A stretch of 64,000 bases of DNA from Arenicellales bacterium (GCA_965215945.1 CBDCFC010000051.1:13084-77083), one strand, 5' to 3'. Shown: positions 35,203-45,222, counted from the stretch's first letter. Made by a program: numbers and translations. The notes: generated from the letters alone by a model not told the origin.

Positions 35203-35204
35203 TG

Positions 35205-35660
35205 ATGAACGACGATATCGTTAATGTAGTTGTTCCCGGTGCAGATGACGAACAACAATGGCGCGATCTGTATCGCGGCTATGCGGATTTTTATCAGGTT
35301 GAGATGAATGATCAGATTATGGACAACGTCTGGGATTGGATTCACGATGATAATAACCCTTTTTATTGTATTGTTGCCAAAGATAAAAACGAAACCTTAT
35401 TAGGATTTATGCATTTTCGTGCCATGCCTTCGCCACTGCGCGGAGCAACGGTTGGTTTTCTTGATGACTTATTTGTTTTACCCGAGGCTAGAGGTAAAGG
35501 TGTGGTTACGGCTTTATACGATGATCTGAAAAAACAGGGAAAAGAAAAAGGCTGGCCGTTGATTCGCTGGATTACGGCAGATAACAATTATCGTGCCAGA
35601 TCGGTCTATGACAAACTGTCCGATAAGACACACTGGGTGACTTATCAGCTTGACTTGTAG
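35205..35660 (+). CDS. GNAT-family N-acetyltransferase
   Basis: Acetyl-CoA motif LFVLPEARGKGVVTALYDDL. RBS aaggag lies 5 nt before the ATG at 35205. Confidence 0.8.
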   Translation: MNDDIVNVVVPGADDEQQWRDLYRGYADFYQVEMNDQIMDNVWDWIHDDNNPFYCIVAKDKNETLLGFMHFRAMPSPLRGATVGFLDDLFVLPEARGKGVVTALYDDLKKQGKEKGWPLIRWITADNNYRARSVYDKLSDKTHWVTYQLDL

Positions 35661-35697
35661 AATGTTTTCAGACTTTTGTCATTTGTAGGAGCCCGAG

Positions 35698-36408
35698 ATG
35701 ACATTACCGATTGGTTATCCGGTTGAATCGCCAACACAGCTACAAAGGCCTAAGACAGAAATCTACGATGGAAAACTCGTGTCTTTGGCGCCTGTGAATC
35801 CGGAGAATGATATTGATGAGTTATTTGAATGCTCTCATGGCAATGCAGAATTTGAACAGCTTTGGACTTATATGCCTTACGGTCCATTTGCGGGCCCCGA
35901 CGAAATGCGGGTACAGTATTTGGATAGCTGCGCGACATCAACCGATCCTCAGTTTTTAACGGTCACGGATAAAACCTCGGGTCTGAAAAGAGGAGTGGTT
36001 AGTTTCTTAAACATTGTTCCCAATCATCTTACTATTGAGCTTGGTCATATTTGGTATTCGCCATTGGTGCAGCGTAGCAAGGTTAATACCGAAGTCATTC
36101 ATTTGATGCTTTGTGAGTCGTTTGACCGAATCAACTATCGTCGGGTAGAGTGGAAGTGTAATGCTTTAAATATCAGGTCCAGGGCAGCAGCTCAGCGTCT
36201 GGGTTTCAGTTTCGAAGGTATTTTTTACAAGCATTTCATTAACAAGGGTCGCAACCGCGATACTGCCTGGTTTGCGATGCTCGATGATGATTGGTCGAAT
36301 ATCAAAAGTAATATGGAAAAATTCCTCTACGGTGAGGATGAAAGTTTTTCCTTAACCAAAGCGAATCGACCCCATTTGAGGGCTTTGGACACAGGCGAAG
36401 CAAGCTAA
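35698..36408 (+). CDS. GNAT-family N-acetyltransferase (RimJ/RimL-like)
   Basis: The motifs IELGHIWYSP, YRRVEWKCNALNIRSRAAAQRLGFSFEG and RDTAWF match this subgroup. Confidence 0.75.
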   Translation: MTLPIGYPVESPTQLQRPKTEIYDGKLVSLAPVNPENDIDELFECSHGNAEFEQLWTYMPYGPFAGPDEMRVQYLDSCATSTDPQFLTVTDKTSGLKRGVVSFLNIVPNHLTIELGHIWYSPLVQRSKVNTEVIHLMLCESFDRINYRRVEWKCNALNIRSRAAAQRLGFSFEGIFYKHFINKGRNRDTAWFAMLDDDWSNIKSNMEKFLYGEDESFSLTKANRPHLRALDTGEAS

Positions 36409-36441
36409 ACTCAAAATTGTTGATTGGGGCAAGTTCACAAT

Positions 36442-38031
36442 CTAGTTGCACATAGCATTTTGAACAACTTTAGAATTTGTTGGTGGTTTCCTTAACAAAT
36501 ACATATTCAGAATTTCCTGTATCACAATGTCCGGATTTAATGTTTGTATGAGTTGATCAGGAAAATGAAAAATGGCCCGGGAAAAATAATTTTTTTGTCC
36601 GTGAGCGCTTATTAATGGAAACACTTTTTGAATGAACGAATCGCCGAGCACAAGTATTTTTTCTAGGTTGCCGGAAGGATTTTCTATAACTTCAACGGAG
36701 TAGTCTTTACCTGACTCGCTAGTTATTATCCTCCGCGGAATTTTAATATCAAATACCCCTTCCGTACCGTAAGGAGTCATGCCTTGCATGGGGTTGCCGG
36801 ATTTTGGCATCAACTTTATATAGTGTTCATTGTTATACCAGTTTGGTAGCAAACCCAACAGACTAAGAAATGCCTTATGTGCCCATTGTTGGTTGATGTC
36901 CAAATCAAACTGATCCAGTTCAATTGCATGAATGTTCTCATTTGGATACATAGGTGAAACTTGCTCAATAATTGCTTGGTAAGCATAGTAAGCGCCCAGG
37001 TAATTCCAGTGAAAATCTGTCCGGTAAAACAACTTAGGATATTGCTGAAGTAACTTTGCATGCTTTAGTGCATGCGTTAAATTCAAAACCGGTAAATTGT
37101 TATTTTTTTTAAGCTGTTTTTCAAGCAGTTCAATACGTGGTGGTGTGGCTGACTTTGATTTGATGGCAACCAGTTTTTTGGGTAAGTATTCGGGGTATAC
37201 CAGGGCCTTTGTTGGTGCAATTGTGAATAGATACTTTACGCCTTGATTGCTAAGCCAGCATTTACGTTGTTGGATGACTTGTTCCCATTTTTCCAGTTCA
37301 CCATCGTCAAAAGGCAGGCGACCGAGATAGTCGGAAACATTGTCGAAGAAGGCCACTTTGTCTCCTTCTATTCGCCTTTCACCGGTGCCTTCGAACATCA
37401 TTCCATTTTTTCCAATAATAACTTTTGAGGTTGGAGAACGTTCGAATAAATCAACTTTCAAGAGTGAGTTAACATGTCCAATTTCTTTTTTATAAACAAA
37501 ATCTTCTGAAAAACGTTTGCCAAATTTATCGAAAAATCCTAACGCAGTAGAGTTTTCCTGATTGTAAATTTCAGTGCTGATATTCTTAAATAATTTTACC
37601 TGCATGGAAAAACCAAGAAAAATAATTAGGAATAGTGATGCTGTGAGGAAATGTTTGTGAGTTTTAAAAATATGTGGTTTTGTTTTTACTAAATATAGAC
37701 TAAAACAGTAAATCAAAAAAATTATGAATAGTGTTGTTAAAACAAAGTGAAAAGGAAAAGTACTTAAAATAATTAATAAAATGATTAATAATCTGAATTT
37801 ATGTTTTTCTAAAAGCGTATATCTCTGGATCAGAGCAACACTGACTTTTCCAGCTAATAAAATTACAATGGTAATTAATGCAATAATTATTAAAGGGATA
37901 AGAAAGTTGGCCAGACCGGGATTTCCTAACTCAATATTGATATGGGCATTTTCCCCAAAACCGGAAAACAATGATGTGAATGCTGTATTTTGATATTTGT
38001 TAATGTTATGTGTTGATTCCTCAGTTGCCAT
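36442..38031 (-). CDS. DHHW-motif (AlgJ/AlgX-like) O-acetyltransferase with an N-terminal multi-TM region
   Basis: Motif FYRTDFHWNYLGAYYAY. It sits next to an MBOAT gene. The likely start is the ATG at 38031 (MATEEST). The DNA is very AT-rich. Confidence 0.65.
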   Translation of the reverse strand: MATEESTHNINKYQNTAFTSLFSGFGENAHINIELGNPGLANFLIPLIIIALITIVILLAGKVSVALIQRYTLLEKHKFRLLIILLIILSTFPFHFVLTTLFIIFLIYCFSLYLVKTKPHIFKTHKHFLTASLFLIIFLGFSMQVKLFKNISTEIYNQENSTALGFFDKFGKRFSEDFVYKKEIGHVNSLLKVDLFERSPTSKVIIGKNGMMFEGTGERRIEGDKVAFFDNVSDYLGRLPFDDGELEKWEQVIQQRKCWLSNQGVKYLFTIAPTKALVYPEYLPKKLVAIKSKSATPPRIELLEKQLKKNNNLPVLNLTHALKHAKLLQQYPKLFYRTDFHWNYLGAYYAYQAIIEQVSPMYPNENIHAIELDQFDLDINQQWAHKAFLSLLGLLPNWYNNEHYIKLMPKSGNPMQGMTPYGTEGVFDIKIPRRIITSESGKDYSVEVIENPSGNLEKILVLGDSFIQKVFPLISAHGQKNYFSRAIFHFPDQLIQTLNPDIVIQEILNMYLLRKPPTNSKVVQNAMCN

Positions 38032-38395
38032 GGCCAAAGGGCTTATCCAATGTGATAAGAGGTTTCTTTCTATGACTAGTAATTCCTTTGCTGGAAAAAG
38101 TTTTATGGCGACGATCAAGATAAAAAAGAAGCTTTTTATCGCTTAGATCGCTATTAAATTTCTTGCTATAGATGTAATGTCTTGTGTTGACCAGGAAATG
38201 ATGTTTTTCATTAATAGTGTTGTGTTGGTCACGAATTTCTAGTTTGATGTCACCATAATTTTCTGGCTGCGCAAACAAAAATACAGATGTGCTTGACACT
38301 GATCTAATAAGAAAAAACAGACTGATAAATAGAGCAAGAAAACAAAAAGAATCAAACAGATTAAATTTTATTTTGTTCATTAAGTTTATGCTCAA
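38021..38395 (-). CDS. Small membrane-anchored hypothetical protein between the MBOAT and DHHW genes
   Basis: 124 aa with one N-terminal TM helix (FCFLALFISLFFLI). It overlaps both neighbours by a few nt, which suggests translational coupling. Confidence 0.5.
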   Translation of the reverse strand: MSINLMNKIKFNLFDSFCFLALFISLFFLIRSVSSTSVFLFAQPENYGDIKLEIRDQHNTINEKHHFLVNTRHYIYSKKFNSDLSDKKLLFYLDRRHKTFSSKGITSHRKKPLITLDKPFGHGN

Positions 38396-39843
38396 AACCT
38401 GAAATAAAGAAACGGATTGTAATTGCCACTAATGGTGGCGATGATTGACAATAACGTTAAACCAGTGAGCATAATAAAAAAAACAATTCGGGCTAAAACA
38501 ACAACGCTTGATTGGTCTGTGGGATTTTTGAATTCTAAATTGTTAAGTCGTTTCTTAGCATTTGGATAAATCGGAGTGGAAAATAAAATGCCGAAAAGCA
38601 ATGCAATGTAAAGTTCATTATTCATCTTATTAATCAGAAATACATTCATGAATATTTCGCGATTAAAACTAAACATGGCTTGGTAATATTCCATGGCATA
38701 CTCAAGCGTGGGAGCCCTAAACAAAACCCAGCCAAATAAAACCATCAACAGTGTATAGCTATGGGCAAGAATTTTTGGTGACTGCATCAATAATCTATCG
38801 AAAAAACGAATCCGCTCAATTGAAAGCAAAAAACCGTGGAACAAACCCCAAGCGATAAAATTCCAACTCGCTCCATGCCACAAGCCACAGAGAAAAAATA
38901 CAATGAACAAGTTGAACATTGTGCGTGATGTTCCAAATCGATTTCCTCCCAAAGGAATGTAAAGATAATCACGGAACCAGGATGACAATGATATATGCCA
39001 ACGTCGCCAAAAATCCTTGATACTTCTCGCTGAATAAGGGTAATTAAAATTTTCCTTGATGTTAAACCCAAACATCCGGCATAGACCAATTGCCATATCG
39101 GAATAACCGGAAAAATCGAAATAAATCTGCAATGAATATCCAATAATTGCTAACCATGCCAGTTCAGCGTTAATATCTGAAGGGTCGAGGCTAAAAACAG
39201 AATCTACAAATTCACCAATTGTGTTCGCTATTAGGACTTTTTTAGCCAAACCAATAATGAACCTCTCAGAACCATACGCCAGATTGTCCAGTGTTATCGA
39301 ACGATTGGTAATCTGTTTATCAATGTCGTGATAACGAACTATAGGCCCGGCAATTAGTTGCGGAAACAACGAAATGTATAAGCCTAAATTTAAAACCGAT
39401 TTTTGTGCTTTTGCCTCACCCCTGAAGATGTCAATTAAATAAGAAATGGCCTGGAAGGTGAAGAAAGAAATGCCTATCGGTAGGGGGACAGATTCGAAGT
39501 TGAGTTTTTTAAAATCTATTGTCTGAAGCAGGTCGTTAATATTTTCGATAAAAAATCCGGAATATTTGAAATAGATGAGCGGAATTAAATTTAAAGCTAT
39601 GCCGATACTTAGTATGTATTTTTTTGTATTCTTAGTAGTCGCTCTTACAAGCAATAATCCAATGATGTAACTGACTGAAATAGAGTACAGCATAATCATC
39701 ACATAAGCCTTTTCTCCCCAGGTGTAAAAAATTAGACTCGCTATCAGAAGCACGATATTCCAGGCTTTCCGACCAAAAAAGTAATGAACGATTAATACAA
39801 TCGGCAAGAATAAAAAAAGAAAGGTTTCCGAACTGAATACCAC
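38392..39843 (-). CDS. MBOAT-family membrane O-acyltransferase (AlgI/DltB-like)
   Basis: The N-terminus MVFSSETFLFLFLP, the motif FWRRWHISLSSWFRDYLYIPLGGNR and the conserved His in GLWHGASWNF match the family. Confidence 0.88.
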   Translation of the reverse strand: MVFSSETFLFLFLPIVLIVHYFFGRKAWNIVLLIASLIFYTWGEKAYVMIMLYSISVSYIIGLLLVRATTKNTKKYILSIGIALNLIPLIYFKYSGFFIENINDLLQTIDFKKLNFESVPLPIGISFFTFQAISYLIDIFRGEAKAQKSVLNLGLYISLFPQLIAGPIVRYHDIDKQITNRSITLDNLAYGSERFIIGLAKKVLIANTIGEFVDSVFSLDPSDINAELAWLAIIGYSLQIYFDFSGYSDMAIGLCRMFGFNIKENFNYPYSARSIKDFWRRWHISLSSWFRDYLYIPLGGNRFGTSRTMFNLFIVFFLCGLWHGASWNFIAWGLFHGFLLSIERIRFFDRLLMQSPKILAHSYTLLMVLFGWVLFRAPTLEYAMEYYQAMFSFNREIFMNVFLINKMNNELYIALLFGILFSTPIYPNAKKRLNNLEFKNPTDQSSVVVLARIVFFIMLTGLTLLSIIATISGNYNPFLYFRF

Positions 39844-39994
39844 TAACTTAGGTTCGTAATAAAAATATTTAAAATAACTCTTACAACTATAGCAATAATT
39901 AATGAAATTAAAATCTTTCGATTCAATTACCCGCGAATTCGGTATACATTTTTTAAATAAATCAGAAATCGCTAAGCTTTTTTATAAATACAAG

Positions 39995-40765
39995 CTAGAT
40001 TATATTTTTATCAAATGCATATTTAATCAACATCAGAAAACATATTATTATAATTACCGGCCGGATAAATTTCGCTCCGCCTTTAATCACACTTAACGCA
40101 CCTAAATAACCGCCAATAATTTGGCCGAATATCATGACGAGTCCGGCCAGCCATATGATTTTGCCACCAAAGATAAATACAATGAGCGAGGCAAAATTGC
40201 TGGTGAAATTCAAAAGTTTGGCATTGGCAGTTGCGGACACTAGGTCTCTGCCACGAAGCGCAACACCGCCTAATGTGTAAAACATGCCTGCACCAGGTCC
40301 GACATAGCCATCATAAAATCCTATAGCAGGCACACATGCATAACGCCAGGATTTAATAGAGGCTCGTGGTTTGGTTTCAATTTCACCAGCCTTGGGTGCA
40401 AATAAAAAATAAAGACCAATCACGGCAATTACTATTGGAATCAAAAATTCCAGTACGTTATCCGGGGAAAGCTGAATGGCAATAGCACCCAGAATTGCCC
40501 CGACAAGGCTAGCAATAATGCTGGGCCAAATTTGAGCTATGTTTACTTGTTTATTTTTAAGCATAGCGATTGAAGCAGAAAACGTACCAAAACTGCCTTG
40601 CAGTTTATTAGTAGCAATTGCCTGAATAGGAGACATTTGTGTTAACAACAGAGCAGGGATAGTCAATAAACCACCACCACCTGCCACCGCGTCAACAAAA
40701 CCACCCACAATGGCGACAAAAAACAAAAAGATCAGCAATGGATCAAATAAAAGCTCGGCCAGCAT
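39995..40765 (-). CDS. TSUP (TauE/SafE) family anion exporter
   Basis: 256 aa with about 8 TM helices. Gly-rich helices GGFVDAVAGGGGLLTIPAL and the internal repeat match the family. Confidence 0.8.
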   Translation of the reverse strand: MLAELLFDPLLIFLFFVAIVGGFVDAVAGGGGLLTIPALLLTQMSPIQAIATNKLQGSFGTFSASIAMLKNKQVNIAQIWPSIIASLVGAILGAIAIQLSPDNVLEFLIPIVIAVIGLYFLFAPKAGEIETKPRASIKSWRYACVPAIGFYDGYVGPGAGMFYTLGGVALRGRDLVSATANAKLLNFTSNFASLIVFIFGGKIIWLAGLVMIFGQIIGGYLGALSVIKGGAKFIRPVIIIICFLMLIKYAFDKNII

Positions 40766-40775
40766 CTAATGATTA

Positions 40776-42014
40776 TCAGGCCGCCAACAGATTTTTTAAG
40801 TCGATTTGTGAATTACCCAGATCAAGTGGATCAACTTGTTTATTACGTTCAATCAGCATTTGTGTCATTCTGACTTCTTTGGCAACTGTTGCACCCTTGC
40901 CAATGCCAACAACTCCATACAGGCTTCCATTCTTTAACGCAAAATAAACCACACATTCATCGGCGACTGAACCACGTGAAACGATTTGGTCTGCATCATG
41001 AGTGAACCCAGCTGTTTGAATCACCCAGTTATATTGCTGTGACCAGAGCCACGGTACGGGATCATAAGCTTGAGGATCGCCGAGTATAGTTTTGGCAACG
41101 GTTACTGCCTGTAAATCAGCATTTTGTGATGATTCTAACCGGATGTGTTGATCGTAACGTGGCAGATAAGTGCAAGCACAATCGCCAATCGCATAAATAT
41201 TGTCTATCGAAGTCCTGGTGAATTGATCGGTGATAATGCCATTGTTGATTTGTAGTCCAGTCTGCTGTGCGAGTTCTGTATCTGGAATGATACCAATACC
41301 TATAACAACATTGTTTGCTTTAAGGCTAGTGTTATCGGCGAGCTCAACAGTTTCAACACGACCATTACCACTGAATCCCCTTATTGATACACCAGTTAGG
41401 ATTTTTACTCCAAATTGATGATGCACAGCAGCAACATCGGCAGCGGCATGTTCCGGCATTGAACGTGACATCAGTCTGTCCTGTGCTTCCAGTACAGTTA
41501 CGTTGCAGTCCAATTCTCTGGCGCTGGCGGCTATTTCCAGACCGATAAAGCCGCCACCAATAATCACCAGGTCGCTGCCGGGTTTTAAGTTTTGGGATAG
41601 GTCAATTGAATCCTGATCAGTCCGAAAGGTAGTAATGCCGTTCAAGTCGCACCCAGGTAACGATAGTTCACGTGGATAAGAACCCGTCGCAAAAATCAAA
41701 TGGCTGTAATTGAAGGTTTTGCCGTCAGCACAGGTTGCGATTTGATTCTCTGTATCAATTGAAGTGGCACTGCAATCCAAGTGCAAATTAATATTTTTTT
41801 CTTGATAATTTTCTAGCGTAGAAAGATGTGTTTTTTCAATCGGTTTTTTACCTAACAACACCGCTTTTGAGAGTGGAGGTCTGTTGTAGGGTGGAGAAGG
41901 TTCCTTGCCTATAAGATGTATTTCACCCTTGAAACTATTATCTCTAAGTGTCAGCGCAGCGCGGCCACCTGCCTGTCCCGCACCGACAATGACGACAGAA
42001 TCGTTGTTACCCAT
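40776..42014 (-). CDS. FAD/NAD(P)H-dependent ferredoxin reductase (pyridine nucleotide-disulfide oxidoreductase family)
   Basis: Dinucleotide folds VVIVGAGQAGG and LVIIGGGFIGLEIA, plus IYAIGDCA. Confidence 0.88.
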   Translation of the reverse strand: MGNNDSVVIVGAGQAGGRAALTLRDNSFKGEIHLIGKEPSPPYNRPPLSKAVLLGKKPIEKTHLSTLENYQEKNINLHLDCSATSIDTENQIATCADGKTFNYSHLIFATGSYPRELSLPGCDLNGITTFRTDQDSIDLSQNLKPGSDLVIIGGGFIGLEIAASARELDCNVTVLEAQDRLMSRSMPEHAAADVAAVHHQFGVKILTGVSIRGFSGNGRVETVELADNTSLKANNVVIGIGIIPDTELAQQTGLQINNGIITDQFTRTSIDNIYAIGDCACTYLPRYDQHIRLESSQNADLQAVTVAKTILGDPQAYDPVPWLWSQQYNWVIQTAGFTHDADQIVSRGSVADECVVYFALKNGSLYGVVGIGKGATVAKEVRMTQMLIERNKQVDPLDLGNSQIDLKNLLAA

Positions 42015-42016
42015 AG

Positions 42017-42325
42017 CTAAAGCTCAATAAATATGTCGTTGTTCTCGACTTTAACAGGGTAAGTTTTTAAATCAACACAAACCGGGGCGCTCAATGCTTT
42101 GCCATTAGTAATCTCAAATCGACCTTGATGCAATGGGCATTCGATGACTGTGCCAATGACTAAACCATCTGCCAGCTCTTGATGTTCATGGGTACAAATT
42201 CCATCAGTGGCAAAGAAATCTTTTTCGGTGTTATAGACTGCGTAGACTTTGTCATCGTGATCAAACTGGATGACGTCTTCTTGATCAATATCGTCGCTGC
42301 AACAAACCCGGTGCCACTCACTCAT
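42017..42325 (-). CDS. Rieske [2Fe-2S] ferredoxin
   Basis: The canonical motifs CTHEH and CPLHQGRF are present. The protein is 102 aa. Confidence 0.88.
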   Translation of the reverse strand: MSEWHRVCCSDDIDQEDVIQFDHDDKVYAVYNTEKDFFATDGICTHEHQELADGLVIGTVIECPLHQGRFEITNGKALSAPVCVDLKTYPVKVENNDIFIEL

Positions 42326-42352
42326 ATTTCTGTTTTTCTCTAACTATTGAGG

Positions 42353-43345
42353 TTATCCATTTATCATGCTTGGGTCTTGTCGTATTGAAGCAGCTTTAGT
42401 CGACTTACCCAGTGAACGGCGAATGACTACTGACAATACTTCCAGGTTGGTGCGAAAAAAACCTGGATCGGGCTCATAGAGTTGTTCTTTAATTGTTTGG
42501 TTCAAATTCATTAATTGATGAAACGGCACCATAGGATAAAGATGATGTTCGACATGATTGTTCATGTTCATGTACAGAAAACTGGCCAGCCAATTGGTTT
42601 TGAACGATCGGGTCGAATTGAGAATATTAATCTGATTTTCTTGCATTTCGACATGCTGGATCAACGTAAACAGCAACATCACTGGGCCACCGAGAATACG
42701 TGGAATAATAAAGTAAAGCAGCGGCCATTGATAACCGGCTATCGCTAAACCGATAAGTGCAGCATAACCGGCCAAGAAAATAATCGCGCCGCGTTGTAAC
42801 TTCGGCAGCTCCGATTCAGGGGTATGCTCACGAGTGATATCGCTAAATCGACCCGTCGCGTTTTCAAAAAAGATTTTTAGTTCATAAATAAATAAGCCTA
42901 AGCCACTAATCTCAAGCAGCCAGCCTTTCAAGTCCATGGGAGTTTCAAACGGCATTTGTGAATCTTTGCCATTGATCCAAGTATAGGTATGGTGGCGTGT
43001 GTGTGAATAACGACGATGGTACGGCTCTTCAAAATAGATGAATGAAGATATCCAGAACAGTACCTCGTTAATATTTCTGTTTTTAAAAGCCGTGCCGTGT
43101 GCGCACTCATGAGACAGTGAGTATCCGGGTACGGTCAGAAATATGCCATACACAAACATGGCTGGAATCACCCAGATAGTGCCTAGCGACAGGTGGATTA
43201 AATAACCCGTTATCAGGAGAAAACCTATCCATTGCACTAACCAGATCACCCCTGGTTTATCGCTGCGCCTGGAGAGTTGTTTAATTAGTTTTTTATCAAC
43301 AACTACGCCAGAAGAAGCTGCATTAGTTGCCTGATAGTCTGTCAT
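42353..43345 (-). CDS. Membrane fatty-acid-desaturase/hydroxylase-family di-iron protein
   Basis: Three His boxes (HECAHG, HTRHH within SHTRHHTYT, and HVEHHLYP) are flanked by TM helices. Confidence 0.85.
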   Translation of the reverse strand: MTDYQATNAASSGVVVDKKLIKQLSRRSDKPGVIWLVQWIGFLLITGYLIHLSLGTIWVIPAMFVYGIFLTVPGYSLSHECAHGTAFKNRNINEVLFWISSFIYFEEPYHRRYSHTRHHTYTWINGKDSQMPFETPMDLKGWLLEISGLGLFIYELKIFFENATGRFSDITREHTPESELPKLQRGAIIFLAGYAALIGLAIAGYQWPLLYFIIPRILGGPVMLLFTLIQHVEMQENQINILNSTRSFKTNWLASFLYMNMNNHVEHHLYPMVPFHQLMNLNQTIKEQLYEPDPGFFRTNLEVLSVVIRRSLGKSTKAASIRQDPSMING

Positions 43346-43353
43346 CTCAAACT

Positions 43354-44115
43354 TTAATCCTTATAATCAGGTTCAGTCTCATCCAGAATTGCCATCAACT
43401 CACGGAAATGATTGCTGGCAGCATTCGGATAGTTTTCCCACTGTTGGGCAGTCTTTTCAGCTATCTCATCACTTAACACACGCATCGGCTTTTGGGTCAT
43501 CAAGGCCAGTACGTAGTTTTTGGCCGCGCGTTCGAAATAGTACATTTCATCGTAGGCCTGGGCGACGCTGGGAGCGATGACCATAAGTCCGTGATTACCC
43601 ATCACCATAATACGTTTGTCTCGCATCAAACCACAAACACGTTCACCTTCTTCTTGAAATGCCATGCCACCAAAGCCCTCATCAACCACGACGCGGTTAA
43701 AAAAACGGGCTGTATTCTGATCGATGGGTTGCATTAAGCTGTCTTGCAAACTGGCCAACACGGTTGAATAAGTGCTATGGACATGCAAAATACAATGCGC
43801 ATGAGGTAAATTGCGGTGTAATGAACCATGTAAACCCCAGGCACTTGGGTCGGGTGCATCTGGGCGCTTCATGGTGTCAGGATCATTGGCATCACAGAGC
43901 AAAATATTGCTGGCCTTGATCCGGGAAAAATGGGTGCCGTTAGGGTTAATCAAAAACTTCGATCCGTCTTCTGAAACGGCCAGAGAAAAGTGATTAGCAG
44001 CAGCTTCATGGAAATCGTGCCTGACAGCCCAACGAAAAGCGCAGGCCAGTTCACAGCGCTGTTGATAATGTTCAAGTTGTGAGTCAGTAGTTTGTGCGAA
44101 TGCTTTTACAGTCAT
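43354..44115 (-). CDS. Class II aldolase/adducin-family protein
   Basis: The metal-binding His pattern (ILHVHSTY, MGNHGLMV) is typical of the family. The likely start is the ATG at 44115, with AGGA 8 nt upstream. Confidence 0.78.
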   Translation of the reverse strand: MTVKAFAQTTDSQLEHYQQRCELACAFRWAVRHDFHEAAANHFSLAVSEDGSKFLINPNGTHFSRIKASNILLCDANDPDTMKRPDAPDPSAWGLHGSLHRNLPHAHCILHVHSTYSTVLASLQDSLMQPIDQNTARFFNRVVVDEGFGGMAFQEEGERVCGLMRDKRIMVMGNHGLMVIAPSVAQAYDEMYYFERAAKNYVLALMTQKPMRVLSDEIAEKTAQQWENYPNAASNHFRELMAILDETEPDYKD

Positions 44116-44232
44116 GGCGATAATCCTGTGTGTCGTGTGTACTAAAGTATGCAATCTGGAACTTTCACATACAAACGAAAAAAATTGAGTCTATACATTA
44201 GTAATACTTATGATTAACTTATAATAATTATT

Positions 44233-45126
44233 ATGGAACGAAAATTACCCCCCTTGAACTGGTTGCGAGCATTTGAATCAGCCGCGCGTCACCTAAGTTT
44301 CACTGATGCTGCGCGTGAGTTGCATATGACACAATCGGCAGTCAGCCAACAGATTAAGGCCCTGGAAAATTACCTTGGTAAAACCTTCTTTATTCGCAAA
44401 CCCCGTTCACTTGAATTAACGGTTGATGCACAAAATTATTTGCCTACTGTTGAAGCCGCGTTTAAGTTGCTTTATGAAGGTACCCAGGGGGTGCTCGGCG
44501 TTAATCACGATCGGTTATTGGAAGTCCGCGCCAATTTGGCGTTTACTGTTTTTTGGTTGACACCGAGGTTGGACGACCTGTTTGAAAAACACCCGTGGAT
44601 AAATCTAAACGTCGCTACAACAATATGGACAGCCAGCCCGGCTACTCCCTATGCCAGTGTCGAAATCCGTTTTGACAGTGTCTTATCAGAAGGTTTATCG
44701 ATTGACCCACTGATTCAAGATGAGTTCTACCCGGTGTGTTCACCTGAATTAGCTACTCAGATTTCAAAACCACAAGATTTATTAAACCATCGGCTTATTG
44801 ACGTCAGCGGCATTATCGAGGGATGGGATAAATGGTTTACCTCAGCCAGAGTTAACTTACCCACTGATAAACCAATCGATAAAGCCAGCACTTATGTCGT
44901 CACATTAAACATGGCTCAGTTAGGTCAGGGAATTGCTCTCGCCCATGATATGATCGCTCAAGATTTAATTGCACAGGGAAAGTTAGTGAAGTTGTTTGAT
45001 TATGCTGTGCCCATGAAAGAACATTATTATTTGATTCCACCCGCTAAGCGCAATGCGAATGCAGCTTCAATTGCCTTTAATGAATGGCTGGAAGATCAGA
45101 TGACTGAGTTTGATGCCATCTCATAA
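44233..45126 (+). CDS. LysR-family transcriptional regulator (GcvA-like), divergent from the oxygenase operon
   Basis: N-terminal HTH LNWLRAFESAARHLSFTDAARELHMTQSAVSQQIKALE. Confidence 0.9.
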   Translation: MERKLPPLNWLRAFESAARHLSFTDAARELHMTQSAVSQQIKALENYLGKTFFIRKPRSLELTVDAQNYLPTVEAAFKLLYEGTQGVLGVNHDRLLEVRANLAFTVFWLTPRLDDLFEKHPWINLNVATTIWTASPATPYASVEIRFDSVLSEGLSIDPLIQDEFYPVCSPELATQISKPQDLLNHRLIDVSGIIEGWDKWFTSARVNLPTDKPIDKASTYVVTLNMAQLGQGIALAHDMIAQDLIAQGKLVKLFDYAVPMKEHYYLIPPAKRNANAASIAFNEWLEDQMTEFDAIS

Positions 45127-45222
45127 ACTTGGTTATCCATGCTCGAATTATGGACTGTCATCAAAACGAAATGATTTTTGAAATTAACTTCTATCAGCTT
45201 ATCTCCTAGAGAAATGTGGATT

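Noticed and set aside
38787-39143. A 118-aa same-strand alternative-frame ORF lies inside the MBOAT gene. A similar case occurs at 36816-37061 in the DHHW gene.
   Set aside because: Both are embedded in long ORFs with clear family motifs and are likely artefacts of AT-rich sequence.
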